Assembly (NCBI GenBank): GCA_963727445.1
Contig: CAVSGI010000027.1
Coordinates: 256,001 to 320,000 of the forward strand
Direction of reading: 5' to 3'
Length of the DNA: 64,000 nt
Origin: an uncultured delta proteobacterium
Lineage (GTDB): Bacteria; Myxococcota_A; Polyangia; Polyangiales; B10-G4
Under the pieces are notes generated by a model. It had not been told where the DNA came from. It saw only the letters and a list, made by a program, of their open reading frames with translations, and searched no databases. The position numbers and the translations under genes are program-made. Shown here one piece after another: positions 38,065 to 47,864 of this stretch. Within the stretch, counting starts at the first letter, position 1, and each line of letters opens with the position of its first letter.

Positions 38065-39528
38065 ATGAACCCGCGACGGCCGACCCTCCGGCTCCGGCGT
38101 CGCAAGGCCCTGTCGTCGCGACAGCGGCTCTGTATCCTCGTCTGCATCTCGGCGCTCTCCTCCGCCACGGCCGCCGTCGCTCAAGAGCAGGCGAGCGAAG
38201 GAACGCATCGGTCCCAGGAGGAGGAGCGCCGCCCGGTGATGGACCTCGCGGCCCTCACCTATGCGGCCCGTGAGAACTATCCGCGCCTGAGAGCCGCGCG
38301 CCACAAGGTCGTCGCGGCCGAGGCACAGCTGGACGAGGCGCTGGTCTCGCCCTTCTTCCAGTTCTCGGGCACCGCGGCGATCAGCATCGCGCCCGAGGCG
38401 CGAGGCACGCCCATCTTCAGCCCGGACTCCCAGTTCCCGCTCAACAACCCGTGGCGTCCGATCGTCATCGTCGGCGCCAGCGGCGCGCTTCCCATCTACA
38501 CCTTCGGCAAGATCGACGCGCTGCACGACGCGGCGCGCGCCGGCGTCCGCGCGGCGAGCCGGGAGCGACAGGTCCACCTCGATCGTCTCGAGTTCGACGT
38601 GCGGCGCGCCTATTACGGGCTTCAGCTCTCCCTCGACCTGCAGCAGATGATCTCCGAAGGCGCAGGCAAGATGCGCGAAGCGGAGGAGCAACTCATCGAG
38701 ATGCTCGACGCGGGCGACGACAACGTGCAGGAGACCGATCGCTATCGGCTCGCGACCGCACGCGCCGAGATGGAGGCGCGCCGCTCCGAAGCCATGATGC
38801 TCGAGCGCACCACCCGTCATGCGCTCACCACGCTCACGGGCATCGACCAGTTCGACGTCCCCGAGTGTCCACTCGAGCCCCTCGAGATCGATCCGCGCCC
38901 GCTGCGCGAGTACCAGAGCGCCGCCGAAGGCTCACGACCGGAGCTCGAGATGCTCGAAGCGGGGATCGACGCCCGCGAGGCCAACCTCGAGGCGACCCGG
39001 GCTCGCTACTACCCCGATCTCGCGATCACCGTGGCGGCCAGCTACAGCTACGGCCCGGGCATCTCCAACCAGTCCAACCCCTTCATCATCGACCAGGCGA
39101 ACTTCGCCTCGGTCGGCGCCGGGCTGGTGGCGCGCTGGTCCTTCGACGTGTGGGGGAACTACCACCGCGTCCGGCGCGCGGAGGCCCAGCTCTCGGAGCT
39201 GGTTTCCCTCGCGGACGAGGCGCGGCGTGGGGTGTCCCTCGAGGTGGCCAACGCCTGGGAAGGGCTCGCCGACGCTCAGAGGCGCGAGGAGGCCTGGCGC
39301 GAGGGACACCTGAACGCCCGGCGCTGGTTCATCTCGGCTGGGAGCGCCTACTCGGTCGGCGCGGTCGAGCCACGGGACCTGATCGACGCCGCGGGTGCCT
39401 ATTTCCGGGCCCGAACCGAGCATCTCAAGGCAATCAACGACGTGAACGCGGCGATCGCCGACCTTCAGCGCACCACCGGCACCCAAATTCTGCCCGCCGG
39501 TGGCTGGGAGGTCCGATGCGAGGAATAA
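38065..39528 (+). CDS. TolC-family outer-membrane protein
   Basis: Two OEP repeats (PIYTFGKI, VRRAYY, RPEL, ARYYPDL). Confidence 0.8.
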   Translation: MNPRRPTLRLRRRKALSSRQRLCILVCISALSSATAAVAQEQASEGTHRSQEEERRPVMDLAALTYAARENYPRLRAARHKVVAAEAQLDEALVSPFFQFSGTAAISIAPEARGTPIFSPDSQFPLNNPWRPIVIVGASGALPIYTFGKIDALHDAARAGVRAASRERQVHLDRLEFDVRRAYYGLQLSLDLQQMISEGAGKMREAEEQLIEMLDAGDDNVQETDRYRLATARAEMEARRSEAMMLERTTRHALTTLTGIDQFDVPECPLEPLEIDPRPLREYQSAAEGSRPELEMLEAGIDAREANLEATRARYYPDLAITVAASYSYGPGISNQSNPFIIDQANFASVGAGLVARWSFDVWGNYHRVRRAEAQLSELVSLADEARRGVSLEVANAWEGLADAQRREEAWREGHLNARRWFISAGSAYSVGAVEPRDLIDAAGAYFRARTEHLKAINDVNAAIADLQRTTGTQILPAGGWEVRCEE

Positions 39529-39617
39529 TCCGCGGGCTCCGCCGTCCAAGGCCCCACAGACGCCGTATTGCCTTTTCGTGGGCTGCCCACCTGCCCCACG
39601 CCCTTTCGGAGAGTCGA

Positions 39618-40232
39618 ATGAAGCCCACCTTCAAGCTCGCGGTCCTCCTCAGCGCCCTGACCGCGCTGGTCGTCCCCAACCTCTCGGCTGCGGCCCAGAG
39701 CGGTCCGGCGGGCCGCTACCTCGAGGGACGCCACCAGGAGGTGAAGCGGATCCTGGCGCGCGGCCAGAACGGGGGGAGCCCAGAGGTCACCCGGATCATC
39801 AGCAGCCTCCTCGACTTCGAAGGGGTCTCCCAGGCCGCCCTCGGCGACCACTGGGAAGAGCGCTCCCCCCAGGAGCGCCGGGAGTTCGTCGACCTGCTCC
39901 GCACGCTCGTCGAGCGCAACTACCAGGAGCAGCTCCGGACGACGCAGGCCTACGAGGTCACCTACGGGGACGAGCGGACCCGCGGCGAGATGGTGGTGGT
40001 GACGACGACCGCACGCTCCACCGAGAACCGGCGCGCCCCCGAGGTCAGCATCGATTACCACATGAAGCGTCGAGGCAACCGCTGGATCGTCGAGGACGTC
40101 ATCACCGACGGCGTCTCCATGGTGCGCAACTATCGCAATCAGTTCGACCGCATCATCTCCCGCGACGGGTGGGACGGCCTGATGGAGCGCATGCGCAGCC
40201 GCGTGGAAGACGGCGACGAAGAGGGCAGCTGA
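39618..40232 (+). CDS. mlaC: MlaC/Ttg2D-family periplasmic lipid-binding protein
   Basis: LDFEGVSQAALG..W, WIVEDVITDGVSMVRNYRNQF. Confidence 0.85.
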   Translation: MKPTFKLAVLLSALTALVVPNLSAAAQSGPAGRYLEGRHQEVKRILARGQNGGSPEVTRIISSLLDFEGVSQAALGDHWEERSPQERREFVDLLRTLVERNYQEQLRTTQAYEVTYGDERTRGEMVVVTTTARSTENRRAPEVSIDYHMKRRGNRWIVEDVITDGVSMVRNYRNQFDRIISRDGWDGLMERMRSRVEDGDEEGS

Positions 40233-40243
40233 GTCAGCCGTCG

Positions 40244-40966
40244 CTAGACGAGCGCGCGCAGCTGATCGATCCGCCGAACCACGACGCGTCGCTGGTCGAT
40301 CTCGATGATGCCGCGGCGCTTCAGGTCACCGAGCACCAGCGTCACCGTCTCGCGTGTCGAGCCCACGAAGGTCGCGATCTCGAGGTGTGTGTACTTCACG
40401 CCGATCAGATAGCCGCGCGAGTCGGCGATGCCGTGACGCTCCACCGCGTCGCTGAGGAAATCCGCGACCCGTGACTCGACGGGACGCGTCAGCAGCGCCT
40501 CCATCCGGCGCTCGCAGCGCATACGCTCCAAGAGCACGTTCTCCAGCAGCGAGAGCGTGAGCTCACCATCGGTGGCCAGCGCCGCGCGGAAGAGACGCAG
40601 GGGAACGAGCACCGCCTCCACCCGTTCGGCGGCCCTCGCCTCGGTGTGGAAGCTGCCGTCGACCAGGGCGTCCTCACCGAGGAGTGCCCCTGGTCCGCGA
40701 TAGGCGACGGTGAGCGCCCAATCGTCTCGCGCGGTGCGAAGCAGCCGGACGCGCCCGGAGCCGATCACGTAGACGTGATGGCTGCGGTCGCCCTGCCGAT
40801 GGAGCACACCGCGGCGGTCGAAGGCGGCGCGGTTGCTCTGGCGAGCGAGGTCGGCGAGAGCGCCGGGGTCGAGATGCTGGAGGATGGGAGACCGCTGTAG
40901 GACCTTCAGTCGGCTGTTCTGGCCTTCCGTCTCGTCCTGGCTCGTCACTACGCTTGCGCTCTGCAT
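40244..40966 (-). CDS. Crp/Fnr-family transcriptional regulator
   Basis: cNMP-binding fold (YVIGSGRVRL, LLGE) and HTH THLEIATFVGSTRETVT. Confidence 0.9.
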   Translation of the reverse strand: MQSASVVTSQDETEGQNSRLKVLQRSPILQHLDPGALADLARQSNRAAFDRRGVLHRQGDRSHHVYVIGSGRVRLLRTARDDWALTVAYRGPGALLGEDALVDGSFHTEARAAERVEAVLVPLRLFRAALATDGELTLSLLENVLLERMRCERRMEALLTRPVESRVADFLSDAVERHGIADSRGYLIGVKYTHLEIATFVGSTRETVTLVLGDLKRRGIIEIDQRRVVVRRIDQLRALV

Positions 40967-41100
40967 GATTCCAGTATTTACACGAAAATGCCTAAATACC
41001 GGATTCCTGTCAACGGTTATTTTTCCGTGGACAGTGTTTTTCTCTTCGGCTCCTCCTGATTGACCGCGCAGGGGCTTGGGGCTACGGTCCGCCCGCTCTC

Positions 41101-41616
41101 ATGCGACTTTTCAGTGGAAAGATCGGCGCCATCGCCGACGACGTCGTCCGGACCCTGACCACGGGCGGGGACATCGAGGTCGAGTCCGAAGAGGAGGTCC
41201 GCCTCGACATCGAAGCGGTCCTCAAAGAGTTCCTGCGAATGGACCGGGAGATCGCCGACGAGGCGAAGAACCGGATGGAAGTTCGTGGGCTCGGTTACGG
41301 CAATCTCGGCCGCGTCAAATCGCAGGTCGCCAAGGAGCGCGGTGCCCCGCCGCCCGACGAGATCCTGCCCTACATCCTGGGGCAGATCCTCAACATGCTC
41401 TTCCACAGCAACAACGTCGCGGAGATCTACTCGGAGGACATCGAGCTCCGAACGAAGATCACGCCCGTCCTGAAGCGCCACATGGATGTCGAGGGTGAGC
41501 TCGACAAGGAAGTGCGCTCGAAGATCAAGAACATGGAAGAGGGGACCGCCGCCTTCGAAGTCGAGTACGAGAAGGTGATGGCCCAGATGAAGCGCAAGCG
41601 CGGCCTCGAGCGCTGA
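41101..41616 (+). CDS. DUF507-family protein
   Basis: MRL..KI N-terminus; ELDKEVRSKIKN..EEG..EVEY. Confidence 0.75.
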   Translation: MRLFSGKIGAIADDVVRTLTTGGDIEVESEEEVRLDIEAVLKEFLRMDREIADEAKNRMEVRGLGYGNLGRVKSQVAKERGAPPPDEILPYILGQILNMLFHSNNVAEIYSEDIELRTKITPVLKRHMDVEGELDKEVRSKIKNMEEGTAAFEVEYEKVMAQMKRKRGLER

Positions 41617-42566
41617 TGCGCGCCCTGGTGACGGGCGGCGCGGGGTTCATCGGATCCTCCATCGCGCGTGCGCTGCTCGCCCGTGGCGACGACGTCGTCG
41701 TGCTCGACGACTTCTCTACGGGACGCGAGTCCAATCTCGAGGGCCTCTCCGGCAACCTCGTCATCGAGCGCGGTGATGTCCGGGACCTCACGCTGGTCGA
41801 GCGCCTGGTCGAGGGCGTCCATGTGATCTTTCATCAGGCGGCGATGCCGTCGGTGGCGGCGTCGGTCGACGACCCGCTCACCTGCGACGCGATCAACGTC
41901 CACGGCACGGTGGGACTGCTCGAGTCGGCGCGCAGAAGCGGCGTCGAGCGCGTGGTCTTCGCCGCCTCCGCCGCCGCCTACGGCGACGACCCCGAGCTCC
42001 CCAAGCGCGAGTCGATGCGCCCGGCGCCTCTGTCCCCCTACGCCGTGAGCAAGGTGGCCGGCGAGCACTACCTGCGCATCTACGCCGAGCTCTACGGAAT
42101 GAAGACGCTCGCGCTTCGGTATTTCAACGTCTTCGGCCCGCGCCAGGATCCAGCGAGCGACTACGCCGCTGCGATCCCCAAGTTCATCTCCATGCTGCTC
42201 TCCGGCGAGCGCCCGCGCATCTTCGGCGACGGCGAACAGACACGCGACTTCTGTTACATCGACAACGTCGTGCACGCGAACCTGCTCGCCCTCGAATGCG
42301 CCGACGCGCGGGGTCAGGTGGTGAACGTGGCCGACGGCGGCGCGATCACCATCAACGCGCTGGTGGCCGAGCTCGCGAAGATCTGCGGCCGCGAGGTGGA
42401 GCCGCTCCACGTCGACGAGCGTCCCGGCGACATCAAACACTCGCGCGCGGACATCTCCCTCGCCCAGAGCCTCCTCGGTTACGCGCCGCAGAAGAGCGTC
42501 GCCGAGGGCCTGGCCCTCACCGTCGAGCACTTTCGGGACCTCGCGCCGGAGGGCGCGCGCGGATGA
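41616..42566 (+). CDS. NAD-dependent nucleotide-sugar epimerase/dehydratase (extended SDR)
   Basis: GGAGFIGS, YAVSK, LRYFNVFGPRQDP, GDGEQTRDF. Confidence 0.92.
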   Translation: MRALVTGGAGFIGSSIARALLARGDDVVVLDDFSTGRESNLEGLSGNLVIERGDVRDLTLVERLVEGVHVIFHQAAMPSVAASVDDPLTCDAINVHGTVGLLESARRSGVERVVFAASAAAYGDDPELPKRESMRPAPLSPYAVSKVAGEHYLRIYAELYGMKTLALRYFNVFGPRQDPASDYAAAIPKFISMLLSGERPRIFGDGEQTRDFCYIDNVVHANLLALECADARGQVVNVADGGAITINALVAELAKICGREVEPLHVDERPGDIKHSRADISLAQSLLGYAPQKSVAEGLALTVEHFRDLAPEGARG

Positions 42567-43465
42567 CGCTCCGGTCCATGACCGGTTTCGGCCAGGCGGA
42601 GGCGTCCCTCGGCGGGCGGCGCCTTCGGGTCGAGCTCCGCACCGTCAACCACCGCTACGTCGACGTTCGGGTGCGCTTGCCCTCGGAGCTCGCCGAGCAC
42701 ACGCCCGCGGCCGAGGCGCTGTTGAAGTCGCGCATCGGGCGCGGGCGCGTGGAGATGACGGCGCGCCTCGAGAGCGCAGGCGCCGCGGGTGGCCTGACGC
42801 TGGACGTCGAGCGGGCGCGCGCAGCCCTCGCCGCCATCGTCGCGCTCCGAGACGAGCTCGCGCCATCGGAGCCGGTGCCGCTGAGCCTGCTGAGCAGCGT
42901 GCCCGACCTCTTCACACCCGCCACCATCGGCAAGGGCGAAGATGCAAGGCGCATCGTGGCCGAGACCCTGGGCAGCGCGATCGACGACCTCGACTCGATG
43001 CGCGAGCGGGAGGGCGAGGCCCTCGCTGCCGACTTCGAAACGCGGCTCGGAATCGTGCGCGCGCAGGTGGGATCGATCGCCGAGGTGCGTGAGTCCCTGG
43101 TCCAGGCCCAGCGCGACCGACTCAAGCAACGGGTGAGCGAGCTCCTCGAGGACTCGGGCACGAGCCTCGACCCCGGCCGCCTCGAACAGGAAGTGGCGTT
43201 TCTCGCGGACAAGAGCGACGTGAGCGAGGAGCTCACGCGCCTCGAGAGCCATCTCGACCAGTTCGCCTCTCTGATGGCGACCGAGGGCAGCGCAGGCAAA
43301 GCGATGCCTCAGGTGGGCCGCAAGCTGGACTTCCTGGTCCAGGAGATGAATCGGGAGGTCAACACCATCGGAAGCAAGTGCTCCGATGCCGGGGTCGCCC
43401 ACACGGTGGTCGCGCTGAAGGCCGAGATCGAGCGCATTCGGGAGCAGGTCCAAAACGTCGTGTGA
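42563..43465 (+). CDS. yicC: YicC/YloC-family endoribonuclease
   Basis: SMTGFG, VNHRY, GRKLDFLVQEMNREVNTIGSK, IREQVQN. Confidence 0.93.
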   Translation: MTLRSMTGFGQAEASLGGRRLRVELRTVNHRYVDVRVRLPSELAEHTPAAEALLKSRIGRGRVEMTARLESAGAAGGLTLDVERARAALAAIVALRDELAPSEPVPLSLLSSVPDLFTPATIGKGEDARRIVAETLGSAIDDLDSMREREGEALAADFETRLGIVRAQVGSIAEVRESLVQAQRDRLKQRVSELLEDSGTSLDPGRLEQEVAFLADKSDVSEELTRLESHLDQFASLMATEGSAGKAMPQVGRKLDFLVQEMNREVNTIGSKCSDAGVAHTVVALKAEIERIREQVQNVV

Positions 43466-43495
43466 GTGGAGTAAGCTCTCGTCCGAGGTATCTGG

Positions 43496-44113
43496 ATGAA
43501 CCACGACCTCCTGCTCCTGATCATCAGCTCGCCCTCGGGCGCCGGCAAGACGACACTCACCAAGCGTCTGCTGGAAGCAGGCGACCTCATGTTCTCGGTG
43601 AGCCACACGACGCGAACGCCGCGAACGGGTGAGGTCGACGGTCAGGACTATCACTTCATCGATCGCACGACGTTCGAGCAGGAGATCGAAGCCGGCCGCT
43701 TCGCCGAGTGGGCGAAGGTGCACGACAACCTCTACGGCACCAGCCTCTCGGAGCTCGACCGGGCGCGGAGCGCGGGCTTCCGCGGCATCGTCTTCGACGT
43801 CGACTATCAGGGCGCCCGTCAGATCAAAGCACGCCTGCCACAAGCCATCGGAGTCTTCATCCTGCCGCCGTCCCTGGCAGAGCTGAAGAACCGCCTCGAG
43901 AAGCGCGGCCTCGACACACCCGAAGTGATCAATCGACGCTTCGACAACGCAAAGCACGAGATCGAGCATTACCTCTTCTTCGACTATCTGATCGTCAACG
44001 AGAAGGTGGAGACCGCCGCGGCGACGCTCCGCGGGATCGTCTACGCCGAAGGCTGTCGTCGCGAGCGCCTCGCGCAGACCGCAGAGAAGCTGCTCAGGAC
44101 CGGAGAGACGTGA
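43496..44113 (+). CDS. gmk: Guanylate kinase
   Basis: SPSGAGKTT, SVSHTTRTPRTGEVDGQDYHF, EWAKVHDNLYGT. Confidence 0.96.
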   Translation: MNHDLLLLIISSPSGAGKTTLTKRLLEAGDLMFSVSHTTRTPRTGEVDGQDYHFIDRTTFEQEIEAGRFAEWAKVHDNLYGTSLSELDRARSAGFRGIVFDVDYQGARQIKARLPQAIGVFILPPSLAELKNRLEKRGLDTPEVINRRFDNAKHEIEHYLFFDYLIVNEKVETAAATLRGIVYAEGCRRERLAQTAEKLLRTGET

Positions 44114-46014
44114 AGGAAGCCGTGTTCTCGGTCGCCGTGTTGGTGGCGACCGTCTCGTGGGCCGCCCCCACAGGCGCACAGGAGCCCGTGGTGCTCGACG
44201 TCGCAGAGGCCGACGCGACCCTGGCCGCCACCGGCTTGTCGGTCGCCTACGACGACGATGACGACGACGAAAACGGGGTCGCGGACGCCGAACAGGGGTC
44301 GGACGTGCCGATGGACGACGTGCGGCGCCTCCGGATCCGCGGCAGCGAGCCGGTCGAGGTTCGCGTCAGCGAGGGGCTGCGTCTGATCCGCAATGGACGG
44401 CCCGCAGGCGACCACGTCGCCCTGCCCGCCCGAACGCTGCCCACCATCATCGGCGTGCAGGGAGTGGCTCCATCCGCCCGCTCTCGCGACCGAAGCCTGA
44501 CGCTGGTCGCCGGCGGCGCCGAGACGCTCATCCCGATCACCGTCGTTCACGCGTCCTTCCTCAGCGCCGGTAACGCGCGGCTCGATCCCCGCAGCGCAGC
44601 CGCTGGCGTGTCTCGCGCGATCACCAACGATGCCAGCCTCGAACGTGACGTCTCCTTCGGCGGGCCGAGCGCGGACCCGGACAACCTTCGAATCCAAGTG
44701 AACGATCCATCGGCGGAAGGGCTCGAGCTGCGCGCGGTGTTGACGAGCGGCCGGCCGGGCGAGCGGCCGCGCTCCCGCCAGGAGCTGACGCTGCGACGGG
44801 CCCGCCCCGAGGGCCCCTTTCGCTCCACCTTCATCCGGTTGGTGGGGGACGTGGTGGATCAAGAGGCGCCCGGCGTCGCCGATCGAGTGCTCCGCGTGGC
44901 GCTTCGAGACGAGCTGCGTCTCGAGTACGAGCTCGGCGATGGCGCCGTGGGGACGAGCGTGCGCGTCGGGCGCGCGGGCAGCGAGGATGGCCCGCAAGCC
45001 GCCCGGCGAGCCGCGCTTCGGATCCGTGTGCTCCGACATCGTCGGGGCGGTGTTCCGGCGGTGGGGGACAACGACCAGGGCGCGATCCGCATCGCCCAGG
45101 AACAGATCCGCATCGCCAACGAGATCTGGCTCCAGTGCTATCTGGATTTCGGCCCACCGGGCCGGGCCGACATCGCGGTCATCGATCCCCCTCCCCCGGC
45201 CCTTCTGGCGATCGGCGACGGCGCCGCCCTCCCGGCCCGCGGCGGCGGGGTCATCCGATTTCGCGCCAACGGGCGCCTCTTCCGCGTGCCGACCACCCCT
45301 GGAGCGCCGCCCGTTCAAACGGCGCTGGCCGTCGCGGCCGCTCTTCAGACGGCGGGGCTCGCCGCGCGCGTCACCGAAAACCCGCCCACGGAGTTCGGCG
45401 CCGGTCGCAGCGCCGACATCGTCGTGCGCGACCTCGCGGGCAACCTCGCGCGACTGGGCCCGGACCGCAACGCGCCGCTATCCACCGACGCCCGCCAGGG
45501 CGCTCAGATCGGCGTCGTCGATCTCACCGACGGCCTCTTGGAGTTCGACAACATGACCGCCGCCGCCGGGACTCTCGAAGAGCGCGCGTTGATCAAGACC
45601 CTCGCCGACGACGATCCCAGCACCATCGACCTCTTCATCGTGAATCGTTTCACAGCGGGCACGCGCCAGGGAGAAGCCTTCATCGAGGCCGACGGAAGCG
45701 CGATCATCAACACCCTGATCCTGGATCGAAACGGTATCCGCCAGCAGCGCGAGGCGTGGACGCAGTCCCACGAGATCGGGCACATCTTGTTGGACATGCC
45801 CTTTCATCCGGACAACGTCGGACCAGATCGCCCGTGGCTCCTGATGGACGCCGACTCCAGCCAGGGTCTGGTCACCGGCCCCAAGCGCATCACGCGTGAT
45901 CAATGCCATCGAGTGCGCGCCCGAAGCGGCGTCCACGCGACTCCGGCGCTCCTTCGCCGCCTCGGCGAGCCGGCGCCAACGGCGCCCGGGGCGCCGTCGC
46001 GCAACGCTCGCTGA
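44110..46014 (+). CDS. Secreted hypothetical protein with an HEXXH motif (possible zinc metallopeptidase)
   Basis: Signal peptide, acidic DDDDDENGVAD motif, HEIGH..H..LM. Confidence 0.6.
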   Translation: MKEAVFSVAVLVATVSWAAPTGAQEPVVLDVAEADATLAATGLSVAYDDDDDDENGVADAEQGSDVPMDDVRRLRIRGSEPVEVRVSEGLRLIRNGRPAGDHVALPARTLPTIIGVQGVAPSARSRDRSLTLVAGGAETLIPITVVHASFLSAGNARLDPRSAAAGVSRAITNDASLERDVSFGGPSADPDNLRIQVNDPSAEGLELRAVLTSGRPGERPRSRQELTLRRARPEGPFRSTFIRLVGDVVDQEAPGVADRVLRVALRDELRLEYELGDGAVGTSVRVGRAGSEDGPQAARRAALRIRVLRHRRGGVPAVGDNDQGAIRIAQEQIRIANEIWLQCYLDFGPPGRADIAVIDPPPPALLAIGDGAALPARGGGVIRFRANGRLFRVPTTPGAPPVQTALAVAAALQTAGLAARVTENPPTEFGAGRSADIVVRDLAGNLARLGPDRNAPLSTDARQGAQIGVVDLTDGLLEFDNMTAAAGTLEERALIKTLADDDPSTIDLFIVNRFTAGTRQGEAFIEADGSAIINTLILDRNGIRQQREAWTQSHEIGHILLDMPFHPDNVGPDRPWLLMDADSSQGLVTGPKRITRDQCHRVRARSGVHATPALLRRLGEPAPTAPGAPSRNAR

Positions 46015-46015
46015 T

Positions 46016-46870
46016 TCAGCTCTTGCGGATCGCCTCGAGCGTCTCGGGGTCGAGGTGCACGTCCATCTGCGGGAACGGGATCCCCATCTTCGCGTCGTCG
46101 AGCGCCTTCTTCGTCTCGTGGATGGTGCGCTGATAGACGTCCCAGAACTCGTCGGTCTTGCACCAGACGCGAACGACCCAGTCCACCGACGAGGCGCCGA
46201 GAGACTTGAGGAAGATCTGTGGCGCGGGGTCCTCGAGGACCCCCTCCACCTTGCCCGGGACCGTCTCCAGGATCTTGCGGGTCTCTTCGGTGTTCGCCGC
46301 ATAGTCGACGCCCACATCGATGTCCGCGCGCCGCGTCTCGTAGTGCGTGAAGTTGGTGATGGTGCTTCCGAAGATCGAGCTGTTCGGGACGATGACCCGC
46401 TTGTTGTCGGGCGTCTTCATGTCGGTGGTGAAGAGGTCGATCTCCTCGATCGAGCCTGCGATGCCTCCGGCATCCACGAAGTCACCCACCTTGAAGGGCC
46501 GGAAGACGAGGAGCATCACGCCCGCCGCGAAGTTCGAGAGCGTTCCCTGGAATGCGAGGCCGACGGCGAGGCCGAGGGCGGCGATGACCGCGGCGAAGCT
46601 CGCCGTCTCGATCCCGAACACCCCGAGGCATCCGAGGATCGCGAATGTGAGGATCGCGTAGCGCACCATCTTCGAGAAGAAGCGGGTGAGCGTCGCGTCG
46701 AACTTTCGCTTCTCGAGCGTGTTGCGCAGCGCACCGCTCAGCCAGCGAGAGACCACCCAGGCGACGAAGAGCGCGAGGAATACGCCCGCGAGCTTGGTGC
46801 CCGTGTCGACGACCCACTCCTTGCCGTCGCCCTCGAGCCACTCGATGATCAGATCCCAGTAGTGTTGCAT
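46016..46870 (-). CDS. mscS: Small-conductance mechanosensitive channel
   Basis: GLAVGLAFQGTLSNFAAGV..RPFKVGDFV, IPFPQMDVH. Confidence 0.93.
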   Translation of the reverse strand: MQHYWDLIIEWLEGDGKEWVVDTGTKLAGVFLALFVAWVVSRWLSGALRNTLEKRKFDATLTRFFSKMVRYAILTFAILGCLGVFGIETASFAAVIAALGLAVGLAFQGTLSNFAAGVMLLVFRPFKVGDFVDAGGIAGSIEEIDLFTTDMKTPDNKRVIVPNSSIFGSTITNFTHYETRRADIDVGVDYAANTEETRKILETVPGKVEGVLEDPAPQIFLKSLGASSVDWVVRVWCKTDEFWDVYQRTIHETKKALDDAKMGIPFPQMDVHLDPETLEAIRKS

Positions 46871-46880
46871 CGCGATTCTC

Positions 46881-47762
46881 CTAGAGCAGCGTGTAGACCA
46901 GGTTGACCTGGGTGAGGGTGTCGAGCTTCTTCGCGCCGAAGGTCGGCACGTTGTCGAACTGCATGCGGAACTTCAGCTCCGCCAGCAGGTTTCCGACGAT
47001 GTTGATTCGGAGGGCGTTCTCCCAGTTGAAGCGAACGTCCTCGTAGCCGTGGTACTGGACACCGTCGGGGTCAGTCCGGAAGACACCGAAGTTGAGGTTG
47101 ATCAGGAACTCGAGCCCGGTGCGGAAGGTGAGGTTGTCGGCCACGTGATTGTCGTAGCCGATGAACGCGCGCGCGGAGTGGATCGCCTGACTGTTCAGAA
47201 GGGCGGCCGGGTCGGTGCCCATGGTATCGATCCGCGAGTAGTCGTAGACGTCGTAGGTGAAGTCGTAGCCGATCTCGCCCCAGAGCCGGTGCTTGCCTTC
47301 CTGCTCCAAGAAGAAGTTGCGAAGATAGCCGGCTTGAGCCGAACTCCGGGGCGCGACGCCGGCGAACTGGTCCCAGCGAAACCGCGCGGCGATGAAGACC
47401 GCGTTCATCGGGTCGAAGAAGAAGTCGTAGCGCCCGCGCGCGTTGAAGTTCTCCGCGGTCTTGTCCGAAAAGCCCTGACTGGCGAGACCGAGGACGTAGG
47501 CGAGCTCGAGCTCGACGTGGTGAGGCAGGGTCGTGTACGAAAAATTCCCCCCCGCGTTGAGTGTCATGTTCTCCGTGTTGCCGGTGTTCAGCACCAGACC
47601 CGCGGAGATGTCGAGGGTGACGGGATCCTCTGGCTCTTCGGCGGGGATCTCCTCTGCCACCTCCTCGGCATGCTGCTCCGGCGTGGCAGGCGTCTGCGCC
47701 TGCGCCGTGGCCGACGTAAGAACCACGAAGAACGACATCCACGACAACACGAGCCAGCGCAT
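46881..47762 (-). CDS. DUF481-family outer-membrane beta-barrel
   Basis: Signal peptide, NTGNTE, DQFAG, terminal LVYTL. Confidence 0.75.
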   Translation of the reverse strand: MRWLVLSWMSFFVVLTSATAQAQTPATPEQHAEEVAEEIPAEEPEDPVTLDISAGLVLNTGNTENMTLNAGGNFSYTTLPHHVELELAYVLGLASQGFSDKTAENFNARGRYDFFFDPMNAVFIAARFRWDQFAGVAPRSSAQAGYLRNFFLEQEGKHRLWGEIGYDFTYDVYDYSRIDTMGTDPAALLNSQAIHSARAFIGYDNHVADNLTFRTGLEFLINLNFGVFRTDPDGVQYHGYEDVRFNWENALRINIVGNLLAELKFRMQFDNVPTFGAKKLDTLTQVNLVYTLL

Positions 47763-47864
47763 CACCACCTCCCTCTTCGCGCCCCAAGGCGCGCGGCGGC
47801 CCGAGTATCGGCCCCGATCCGCCGGGGTCAAGGGCAGAGGCGGTATGTATTCTCATACTGGGCT

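Noticed and set aside
40244..40966. Assigning the Crp/Fnr regulator as MrpC
   Set aside because: Only family-level motifs are recognisable and no mrpAB neighbours are present.
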